A stretch of 64,000 nucleotides of DNA, taken from contig RSEE01000047.1 in the NCBI GenBank assembly GCA_003971905.1, positions 186,001 through 250,000 of the forward strand, read 5' to 3'. Position 1 is the first letter of the stretch; every line of letters starts with the position of its first letter. Positions 11,716 to 22,231 of the stretch are shown one piece after another. The notes below the pieces were generated by a model that saw only the letters and a program-made list of their open reading frames with translations, was not told where the DNA came from and did no database searches. A program made the translations under genes and the position numbers. Source of the stretch: Moniliella sp. 'wahieum'. Taxonomy: Eukaryota.

Positions 11716-12000
11716 CCTCACTGATTTCACCGGTCACTCGGACATCCGTTGTGGAGGACCAACTTTCAAATTGCAAAAGAGAGAATTACAATTGGTCACG
11801 GGGACCCATGCGATGCATGATGCATGATGGGCGACTTTGAAATTTGACCAGATTAGCCGCTGTTCTGTCCACACACACTTGGGTTCAGCAAGTGTTCAGC
11901 CAAGTTGGACCACAAGCGCAGCGGGCAATGCCCAAGTAGGCAGACTCATTCGCAAACATTGCGTGGTCTGCTAATCGAATGTCGGGGTAGTGTTACTTCA

Positions 12001-12047
12001 AAGCTTCAAGCTTCAAGAAATTCAAGCAAGCTTGAAGCTTGAAGCTT
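12001..12047. repeat. AAGCTT heptamer arrays forming a perfect 17-bp inverted repeat
   Basis: AAGCTTCAAGCTTCAAG (12001-12017) is the reverse complement of CTTGAAGCTTGAAGCTT (12031-12047). Confidence 0.92.
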
Positions 12048-12754
12048 GACTTGAAACGCGTCCCATTCCAATTTTCACATGTCACGCATCACGCGCAAAA
12101 TGTCACGCATCATGCAACGTTTAATTAAATTAACGTGTTTTTAACAGACAGTTCACTACGTCCAACCTGGTCCAACCCAACAATAAGCTCATCCGGTTCG
12201 GTCACTCGGCCACCGGGACCGAGGGACCGCCATTCAATATTCATTTCTTCACCCTCTCGGCCATCCAGCTTCCAGTCAGTCCGTCTGGCGAAGCGTTGAC
12301 TCAGTGGCGCGTGGGCGTGTGAGGTCCTGCGATGCTTTGCTGTGCTATCCACAGTTCCAACACAGGTAACCTTTGGTGGCAGCAGGGGTGGCTTGGTTTT
12401 GATTGCGTGAGACCAGGTGGCCCCATCCGCCTGGCCCGACGCTTGTCTTATGTACACGTGCGATTCGATGAACTGAACTCCCGCCAACATGCAGCATCCC
12501 ACCCAAGTACCGCCCCGGGAGTAGGGTGTCCGGTGTGCGGTTGAAGTTGAAGGTTCAACGTTCAACACGTTCAAGTTGAACGTTGTTGAAGCCGCTGCTG
12601 GGAGACGCGGAGCGCCACGATCTCAGAAAGCGCGTCATACACGTCATGCATCCTCGTACGTCCAATGATTTCCAAGCCCTTCCAGCACCCAGTGCCCTTC
12701 TAAGCTCCAAGCCTCGTCTCGGCCGGGGACGGGGAAAGCGGAACCCAGCGAGTG

Positions 12755-12895
12755 TGATGCATGATGAATGATGCATGATACTTGATGAATGATGCATGAT
12801 GCATGATGCATGATGGTGGCCGATGGGTGCAAGCGATGACGTGCATGACGCGTGCCGCGTGACGCGTGACGCGCGTGACGTCTGAATATCTGAAT
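12755..12895. repeat. Heptamer arrays: TGATGCA-type followed by TGACGCG-type
   Basis: Eight in-phase TGA-N4 units at 12755-12810; TGACGCG units at 12846, 12860 and 12867. Confidence 0.92.
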
Positions 12896-13227
12896 AAAGG
12901 CCGCAACCTGGCGCTCAGCTGAGCCGCTGACATATGACACTGCAGCGCCAGTGCCCTGCTGTGCGGTGCCCGGACAGAGGAGGGCGATGCGGAGGCCGCG
13001 GGTGATGGCAATGCAGCGAGTGCGGCGTCGTGCTTCGTCTGAGGTGGGGTGCTGCATGTCATTGATCAGATCGATCATCGATATCCCGGGAGAACCATAG
13101 CGCGTACCGAGTGCCGTTCGCGGTGGCCGTCGCTGCTGGCTGTTGGCCCTCCACCAGCCACTGCCACTCCCGGTGCCACTCCTGTGGAGGTTGCTGTTGC
13201 TGCTGCCTTGCCACCGCCGCTGCAGCC

Positions 13228-13281
13228 GCCACCACCATCACCACCACCACCATCATCACTACCACCACCACCACCACCACC
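13228..13281 (+). repeat. (CAC)n microsatellite upstream of the SRPK start codon
   Basis: Imperfect CACCACCAC.. run of about 50 nt. Confidence 0.85.
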
Positions 13282-13307
13282 GCAACTGATCCGCTTGCGC
13301 ACGCAGG

Positions 13308-15827
13308 ATGCAGGCCCATAACTACGCCCTGCCCTCCGCTGAGGGCCTTGTGCCCACACCCCTCCACGAACCTCCCCACACACTTGCCCCGCCCATCTCC
13401 GCCAGTGCCAGCAGCGCCACCACTTCCACCTCCACTACCGGCAGCGTTCTTACCGAGGAGGAGGAGGACGTAAGTGAGTACTGCAAAGGCGGCTACCACC
13501 CTGTCCACGTCGGCGACCTGTTCAGCGATGGCCGCTACGTCATCGTTCGCAAGTTGGGCTGGGGCCACTTCTCGACTGTCTGGCTTGCCCGGGACCAGCG
13601 CATGGCTCGCCACGTTGCCCTCAAGGTCGTCAAGTCTGCGCCCTGTTATACCGAAACAGCGGTGGACGAAATCAAGCTGCTTCAGCGCCTTGTTTCGTCC
13701 AACCCAGACCACCCGGGCCGCCGCCACGTCGTATCGCTGCTTGACCATTTTCGCCACCGGGGGCCGAATGGCACCCATGTGTGCATGGTCTTTGAAGTGC
13801 TGGGCGAGAACCTTCTGGGCCTGATCAAGCGATATCAACATCTTGGCGTGCCCAAACACATTGTCAAGCAAGTGGCCAAGCAGGTCCTCCTTGGTCTTGA
13901 CTACATGCACCGCGAGTGTGGAATCATCCATACCGATCTTAAGCCCGAGAATGTGCTGATCTGCATTGACGATGTGGAGGCGGTCGTTCAAGCCGAACTC
14001 AATTCCACCCCAGCTGCTGTACCAACCAAACTGGTTGGCGTGCCCCCTAGCCAAGGGCGTGGTATTGCTCATACCCCCGGGAGCCGACCCAGCAGCGCTA
14101 TCTTCATCACCGGATCCCAACCTTTGCCTTCGCCTTCAAGCTCGCTGGCCTCGTCCCCTATGCTGGACAAGTGGGGCTTTGGTATGTCCAAGATTGACTC
14201 GGCTTCGGGCAGCTTCAACCCTTCGTTGAAGTACTCCTCGGCCGCCGCCACCCCGCCCGGCTTTGTCGGGACACCTTCGCAAGATGTGACGGCGGGCATG
14301 CAGCGTCTCACCACCCAGGACACTTCGTTTTCACCTACCAGTTTCAGCAGCCCCACCAAGAACGGAACCACATTTGCCCATCGCACCTTCTCCACTGATT
14401 CAGGAAAGTACGGCCCCTCCCTTTTATCGCAACAGGTGGCTGCAGCGATGCGTCATGACCACGAGGCCCCTGCCCCGGTCCCGCCGCCGCCTCGGTCAGA
14501 CTCGTTTCCAATTGATTCTGTTGAGTCCGAAGCGATGGGCCTGCATCCGCATGACCCCAACCTGTCCAAGTCACCCGGAACCTCCTTGCCCTCGCACGCA
14601 GAACACGACACTTCGAATGGCCGGGAAGCCGCGGTGGTTGAACCGCCATATGATGCCGCTTCCCTGGAACGGATTACAGTCAAGATTGCCGATCTGGGCA
14701 ATGCCTGCTGGGTCAACCACCACTTTACCAACGACATCCAGACCCGCCAGTACCGTTGTCCAGAGGTGATCATTGGCGCACGATGGGGGCCCTCGGCCGA
14801 CATGTGGTCGGCATCGGCCATGATCTTTGAATTGCTTACGGGGGACTATCTCTTTGACCCATCATCTGGAAGTAAATACACCAAGGACGATGATCACATT
14901 GCTCAAGTGATTGAACTGTTGGGCGACTTTCCCAAATCATTGGCGTTTTCGGGCAAGTACAGTTCAGAGATCTTCAATCGACGAGGTATGTGCCAATGAA
15001 CAGCAGACCATCGTGTCCTGATTTCTGTTGACTGCATGAGTATTGACCTTCTGCTTACGCCAGGCGAATTGAGGCACATTCATCGCCTTCGCTACTGGCC
15101 TTTGACCAGTGTCTTGCAAGAGAAGTACCTGCTCAAATTCCCCGAGGCAGAGGAACTGGCTAGCTTCCTGCTCCCTATGCTGCGTCTGCATCCTGAGCGA
15201 CGGGCCATGTCTGATGAAATGCTTCTTCATCCTTGGCTTGCTGGGATTTCGGTTGCGGGCGAGCTGGAAGCGGCCGAACGGATCCAGGCGCGGCTTCATG
15301 CGTCTCTGTCTACTTCGATGCAGGACGCAGCATCGGTGGAGCTGGCGAACGAGCAGGATGCGTTGAAGCCGGTGGGGTCGCTAAGCTCCACTCCGGCAGG
15401 AAGCCTTTCGTCTTCCTTTACGGAGCCCGTGCCGCCGTTGCGACCAGACAGGGGTCCTGACGAGTCATTGCAGCGCGTGTCACTCGACCCCATCACCCCC
15501 CCTGACCCGTCCACTGCCTCGGCATCGCACCATGAAGACTCGTCGTTCTCTTTTTCCACCACTAGCACGCATCATTATCCTCTTAGCCACCATCGCCACA
15601 TCTCCTCCTTTCAACATCCACATCCACACCCGCACCCACATCCGCTGCCTACTTCCGGCCCTTCGCCCGCACAGGTTTCTCATCCAACTGCCACGCCACA
15701 AGTGGCAGCCGCGTTGTCTACGCCGCGTGCGGGGCCAAGCGATCACCGGTCTGGGTCCAGCCGCTCTCGCACCGGGTCTCCGTCCCCCCATGCACTGCCG
15801 CACCCGGTCGCTGCCCCAGTGCAGTGA
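13308..15827 (+). CDS. SKY1: SR protein kinase (SRPK/Sky1/Dsk1); intron at 14986-15063
   Basis: EEEDVSEYCKGGYHPV, RKLGWGHFSTVWL, IIHTDLKPENVL, long spacer, KIADLGNACW, DIQTRQYRCPEV, DDDHIAQVIELLG. Splicing joins FNRRG|ELRHIHRLRYWPL. Confidence 0.96.
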
Positions 15828-16575
15828 CCGAAGCGCCAGAACCAGTCTCTGTTGTCACATGTCATGTTCATTCCCGCGCCTGCATCCCACTCATGCCGAG
15901 TCGTGCTAGTGTGCCACGGTCGATGCAGGTACATTCACTTGGTAGGCGGGTAGTAGGTTAGCTACGGTGGGGGCCTCTGGGGTGGGGATGGGGGGTGCAG
16001 AATGCAGGATGATCGAGATGACCATGGTGATCGCCGGTGAGGAGCTTGATCGGTAGGTCTCCGGTCCGGGCGGATTGCGAATATGAGGGTGTCCAATGTC
16101 CGGCATTGGCCAGACACGCGTCCGCGGCGGACATGCGGACATGGCACGGGCAAAGCAAGCAGCTGCAGCCACTTCTCCAGCATGGCAGCTTGCATATATT
16201 CCACTGGGTTCGCCGACATCATGCATCCTTCACCCGTCGCGCGTCGCGTCTGGGCACTGGGCAGATTTCAATGTTGAACGCATCTGTAGTGCTGTGCCCA
16301 ACTGCGCCTGGCTTTCCGTTCCGACTGCCGGAACAAGCCGGCCGTAATGCCTATAGCGAGAGGCCAGGGAGAAGGGGGTGTTATACGATCCGGTGTATAT
16401 TTTCCCCTGCTTTCCAGTGGTGATCCCGACCGTGCCAGTCCTTTATAAGCCTGGACGTACCGGCCACCTAGTAGAAACCCAAGCACCTTCAGCCGGTTTC
16501 CTATACCCTTTCCAACCTCAATCCTCACCATCGAAACCAATATTTTGCCCTCTCCACTGACGCGGCCTTGCTACC

Positions 16576-17466
16576 ATGTCCAAGTTCATCAAGAAGCTGT
16601 TCCGCAAGTCGAACAAAAACCTGTCAGGCTCCGTCGCAAGTTCTCAGGAGTCCCTCTCTTCGCCCTCTCCTGCGACTAAACCGTCTACCCCCACCTCGGT
16701 TTCTTCTACCGAACCAGAGGCCCGTACTGCGGTGGCCCTCAAAGCTGGGAACCCCGCCAAGATTGCCATTATTGGTCACTCGGTATGTTTTCGGCCCTTC
16801 TCTGATTTGGGTTCGTGTGAAAAAGGTAGCAGACATGCTAACCCGGTTACCTCACTTCTACTTTGTCTCAACATGCTCATTGTAGCTTTGGGGCCACATT
16901 GACACCCTAGTCAAGTCTGCCGCCGAGGGGATCAAGTCGACGGGAGCTACAGTGGAGATTTTCAGTTTTGGCGAAACGCTGCCGGCCGAGGTGCTGGCCA
17001 AAATGCATGCTGCTGAAAAACAACCTTACCCCGCCATCACGCCCCAGGCGCTCAAGGAATTTGATGGCTTCCTCCTGGCTGCTGGCACCCGCTTTGGACG
17101 CTTGCCGGCCCAGGTGGACAACTTTTTTGATGCTACGGGGGGCTTATGGGCATCTGGAGCTCTGGTGGGCAAGTTTGCTGGTCTCATCACCTCCACCAGT
17201 GGACAACACGGTGGCCAAGAAACCACGTTTGTCACGACGCTGCCGTGGTGTTGGTGCACCATGGAATCAACTATGTCCCGATCGGATTCCGATTCGAGGA
17301 GATGCGCAACATGGATGTCGTGCAGGGTGGCACCCCTTGGGGTGCATCCACGTTGTCCAAGCAGGACGGATCGCGCCAGGTCACCTCAAATGAAAAGATG
17401 ATAGCCCAAAAGCAAGGTGTTTACTTTGCTACCATTGTTGGCACCTTTAAGAAGGGCACCGCTTAA
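16576..17466 (+). CDS. Flavodoxin-like NAD(P)H:quinone oxidoreductase (WrbA/Pst2/Ycp4 family); intron at 16783-16885; frameshift near 17250
   Basis: AKIAIIGHS|LWGHI, ETLPAEVLAKMHA, GTRFGRLPAQ, DATGGLWASGALVGK, STSGQHGGQETT, LVHHGINYVPIG, GGTPWGAST, DGSRQ. Confidence 0.93.
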
Positions 17467-17937
17467 TTACCACACCCCTTTGGCCACAAACAATCACAAC
17501 CCCACGGTCTTGCCTGCACCCAGGACGTTGTATTAGCAATGGAACCCTCTCGGGCGGACATGGAAGGGTGTAAAAGAGGGCTGCGTACACCAGCTTTTGG
17601 GCCTGGGTGCCAATTGACTGTATTCAGATATCGATATCACTCCGCGCAAAATATGTCGCGCTTTTGCTTCCCATTCTCCGTTTGTTCTCCGTTTTCCGCT
17701 CCTGTTTCCTGTGTCCCAAAAGTTGCGCCCGGTCTGAGTGGCCTGTTCTGCTTTTGCGTGTTAGCGTCATCTTGGACCTACTCCATATAGTTTCTCCCTC
17801 ATGCCGAGCTAATTAAGTAGTAGCCTATCTTAGGTCCGACTACAACGAAAAAATATGCAAATTGAAAAGCACGAGGCGGGCAAAGCAATGAGGCAGGGGA
17901 TTGTCCCTGAGGGAGTCCGAGAGGTGAGTTGGCCCAA

Positions 17938-18525
17938 TCAAGCTGTGCGGAGGATAACATGGGTACCCGACTCGGTTTGGACCACACCGCTGATGCTCCC
18001 GACGGGCAAGCTGAATGCAGCATCCTCAAATGGCTTCTGCATCTGGCCCCGCTGAAATACGCCCAAATCTCCCCCGGCACGCGCAGAGGAGCAGTCACTG
18101 TAGCAAAAACAAAGACCGGTCGTTTTGTCAGAGGGGCTGGAGACCGCTAGAGAAGGCAGATGTGGACGCAGACGGGAGACATACCTATTTTCCGACGCCA
18201 ACTTGGCAAATAAGGCCGGGTCTGGGGTGGGACCGAGCTGCTGTATAAAGCCTTGAATCGTTGCTTCAGCCTCCTGTGGGGAGCGGGTAATGACTTGTTG
18301 ACGGTGAGATGAAGGCCGACGTGATTGGGCATGTTTGACAAGGAGGTGGGAGGCGCGCACGCTGCTCGGCTGGTGGAGGTATTGGGCAGCGCCAGGGAGG
18401 GCGTTGATGGCTTCGGGCGTGAGACCGGCAGGTTCCTCCCAGCTGCTGACGTGGTTTGCAGCATCATAGAAGTAAGGCATCTGCCGTGTCTTGCTCATTC
18501 GCACTTCCCATAGAGGCGCCGACAT
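17938..18525 (-). CDS. ESS1: Parvulin peptidyl-prolyl isomerase Pin1/Ess1 (WW + PPIase); intron at 18098-18184
   Basis: WW domain [15 protein letters not shown]...SSWEEP. PPIase domain [59 protein letters not shown]. Confidence 0.96.
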   Translation of the reverse strand: MSAPLWEVRMSKTRQMPYFYDAANHVSSWEEPAGLTPEAINALPGAAQYLHQPSSVRASHLLVKHAQSRRPSSHRQQVITRSPQEAEATIQGFIQQLGPTPDPALFAKLASENRYVSRLRPHLPSLAVSSPSDKTTGLCFCYSDCSSARAGGDLGVFQRGQMQKPFEDAAFSLPVGSISGVVQTESGTHVILRTA

Positions 18526-19527
18526 GGTGGCCGTGGTGGAGGTGGTTGCGGTGGTGCTGGGCTGCCCTAGCAGCCAACGGTGCGCGCACAGACAGAAAAC
18601 ATTTTGGAGTCGGTAGACGTGCTCAAAGTCAGTGCGTACGTAATAGCGTCCAAGTCGCTCTTTCCGTTCCGCACCGTTCCTTCCGCTGTGATGTGGCGCA
18701 ACATGCAACAGCTCGCAGATCTGACGAGCAACCTGTGTGACGCGGGTTAGGATTCCGCTGAAAGGGGATATGCATCGTGGGATAGATCAGACACGTGAGT
18801 TGGTGAAGCAATCATTAACCAGGTGAAGCTTCAAGTCAAGTTCAACGCAGCACGGAGGCACAACAAGGAGGGGCGGAACAGAGGCGGAGCGGGGCCGCTG
18901 CGGCGCACACTACATCCACACCAACCACACCGCAAGCGCTCGGTTGGCCCAGCACACTACATACTTACGTACGTTGCGCAAATTTCAAACACGTTTTGCG
19001 GGTCCGACGCAGATTGTTTGAATGGGGCCTACTGTGGCCTACTGCGGCTTCGCAAGGTCTAGTGACTAGAGGCAGTGATGTCATGCATGTCAGGCTCAGC
19101 GATGCGGGATGGATGATGCATGGCAGCGCTATTTGCTGGCATGAATTGAACGTTGGACGTTGGGCGCTGGGCGCTGGGCAGAGGGGGTGCCGGTTGGGCC
19201 GCGTGTGGGTCTGCCGCCACACGCCGCAACAGGGTGCGACACGGCACTGCCACACGCATACGCGGCACGGCGGAGGGGTCCTAGCGCCTAGCGCCTAGGG
19301 ACCACGGGGTACGGTAGGGCAAGGCAGGGCAAGGCTATGCTGGCTCCATGGCAGTGATCGAGTGATCGATGATCCCACATACAAAGCCTCTGGCCTGCTG
19401 CCCTGGCTGCCCTGGCCCGGCCGAGCGGAGGGGCGGTCGGAATGAGCAAAGGTTAAATCGAGCGGGATTCGTTTGGACCGCATTTTCTTGCCAGACAGAA
19501 AAATGGATGGCATGGAGCTGCGCCGTA

Positions 19528-19580
19528 TTAGCGCTTAGTCTTTCGCTTTTAAGCGTTGCGCTTTAGCGCTTAGCGCTAAG
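19528..19580. repeat. TTA + GCGC heptamer array
   Basis: TTAGCGC-TTA at 19528; TTAGCGC-TTAGCGC-TAA at about 19563-19579. Confidence 0.8.
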
Positions 19581-20169
19581 GCTTAGCAGCGCTGTAGTGC
19601 CCTCCAGTGCGCTGATTCGACGCATCTTCAAGCTGCAGCTTCACATCCCCTGCGCTTGCTGGTTCCGAAGAGCTGTAGGGATTGGCACGTGCTAAGTAGC
19701 CGAAGAGTGCTACCTTCTGCAGTAGTCACTAGTCATCGATCATCCCTCTTGCATCCTCTGCACCATCCTGCCTCCCCGCCATTCCGTCGCCATCACCACC
19801 GCCATCACCATCCCCATCCCCATCACCGTCACCACCCCTCCCCTGCCCCTCCCGTCTCCCGCGTCCGTCTTATCACCGTCACCCCGCCCCCACCTGTCTC
19901 CTGACCGACGTCTTGGTGTATCTGCTGGCGGCCTCTATTGCTGCATCCCAGCTCCGTGCCTGCCTTCCCCCGTCCTCTCCCTCTCACGCGCCCACGCTCA
20001 GACGCCCTGCGACCGTCCGCGGAGCTTGACGTGCGTCCTGGAAACTTGGTCTTGACCAAACTTGGCGCCTTCAGCCACAACCGTGCCGTCTGTCCCGCGC
20101 TCATCCAGTACGAGGATTAGTTGCCGCTGGCTGCTTCCCGCTTCCCGCTCCCCGCCTGTCCCCGCCTCC

Positions 20170-21967
20170 ATGCCCCTCGCTACCCCCGACGCGACGCCGG
20201 CCACAAAGGTGAGTTTTCAGGCTCAGTGCTGGGTGCCAGTGCAGGTGGCACTCCTGCTGCGTCCTTGTGCCCCATCTCCCACCCGTCCCATCTTCTCGCA
20301 TGTCCCAGTCCCTTCTTTATGCGTTACGCGTTACGCGTTACGGCGCGTCCTGTGATTGTGATCTTGCCTGGGCCGATATACTGACCATGTCGTCTTGCTT
20401 TACAGACTGCGACCCCTTCTAGGTTGCCGTCTCGCTCGGTTGCCGATGGTCTTCCTCCCGCCCCCGCTCCTGTCCAGGGCTCCGCTGCCCCACCCGTATT
20501 TTGGGACGACGATGCTCGTCAACAGTCGGTCGCACCACCACAACCCTCCGGCTTGCCCCTCGTCAAGGCCATGGACGCCAGCACCGTCCGGGGCTACCCG
20601 CCCAACTGGCGTTCTGACTTTTCACCGGTACGTTCTACTCTCAGATCGCGTCTCCCCCCTCTCATCTTGATCTACCCTGGCGCCCGTCTTGGCCGCGACA
20701 CCAGGTATGGTGCATTCACGTACAGTGGAAATGCACCTGCCTCGAACTCGTCCTCTGGCCTCATCCTACAGTCTTTCGCAGTCTGCTCGCCCACTGAGCA
20801 GGCCTAGCCAGACTCGGATACCGCTCCTCCCCTCTTCCAAACGGAGCACCGTGCACAGCTCTCTAGCCGAACTCAATCGCACGCCGCACCATGCTGCTTG
20901 GGTAGATCATTGGGGTTCGCTTTGCAATGAGCAATTCAGCTTTAAGTTGTGCATATACGTGATGCTAACCGTTTCCATTTTTTTGTATTTCCCTTGCTTT
21001 GCTTTTCCCTCCTCTTGCTTCATGCTGGTGCACTACCACCTTTTAGTTGATGGAGACCAATATGCTCCCACGAGGACAGGCCCCAGGAGACTGGAGTGCA
21101 TCAAGTTCCCCACGCTACAATATGGCGGCCCCTCCACCAGCGCCTTCGTTCGCTGGAATGGGTGACACCCATGCTGCAACGCAATCGTCCATGGCGCCTC
21201 AGGGCGCGTACGCCAGCTATGGTGCTCACTTTGGTCCTTACTCGCCGTCGTCAACACGACCTCCTCCTTCTCTTTATCCACCCGAGCAGGGCGAGCGGAA
21301 CTTGGCTCTACATCCTAGCCCTTACCTCGCTGGCAGCTATGGTGCGGCCCCTCCTTCTGCCCCCACATCTTCGTATGGCACGTACCCTCCTTCATCTGGG
21401 CCCCTTCCTCGACCGGATCGAAGGGGGGTGCCCGGGCCCGAGGGGCCCGGGGGGCTAGCACCCTTGCATCCATACGGGAGCAACAAGGTGCCCGACCCGC
21501 CTTCCTTTGAAGGTGGATCCTCGCTCGTTATGCCTCCCACGGTGACTCACAAGCGCCCCAAGTCCAAGATTGACGGTAACATGCGCAAGCAGATTTGCCG
21601 CTATGCCGAGCAACACCCCGACTTGCGTCAATCGGACATTGCAGCAGTGTACCAAGTGGAACGATCGACGGTAAGCAAGATCCTGAAGCAAAAGTACAAA
21701 TGGCTTGCTCTTCCGGTGGCGGAGGAAGCACCATTGGTGGCCAACCGTTCCACCACCATGCTTCGATCCAAGATCAAGCATGGTCGCACTTCCTCCGCCT
21801 CGCCCGGCTCCACCACAGGCTCCTCTATGCCCTCCCCGCACCCAGGTGTTCCCGCTTCCTTGCAGTCCACCCGACAGGATGATGTTGCCCCGGCATCGGT
21901 CAGCACGACTGCCTGCCCTGCTGGATCGGGGGAAGCAACGCTAGGTACAGCGGCCCCCTCGTCTTAA
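20170..21967 (+). CDS. Pro/Ser-rich protein with a CENP-B N-terminal (psq-like) helix-turn-helix; upstream exon structure tentative (introns about 20209-20405, 20628-20781, 20902-21046)
   Basis: The last exon 21047-21967 contains KRPKSKIDGNMRKQICRYAEQHPDLRQSDIAAVYQVERSTVSKILKQKYKWL, which is typical of CENP-B/Pdc2/pogo-type HTH domains. The upstream GT-AG junctions keep the frame. Confidence 0.7.
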
Positions 21968-22231
21968 GCAGCGGCACCTCGATAGAATTCTATTCTCTCA
22001 CTTCCTATATTTGACGCACCTCGTGCGACCTCTTGTTCTCTTTTTTGGAGCTGGCTAGTACTAAGTACGACGGCAGCACGTGTGCTATTGGGAACAATCC
22101 TTTATTCTACTTTGATACATGAAGCGCAAGGGTGTGGTTCATTGGGATGCACTGACAAGGCCGATTAGATTCTCTTGTGCACCCCCCTTGATAGACGATA
22201 GTTCTTCAGACCAAATGTGGAATCAACCTCC

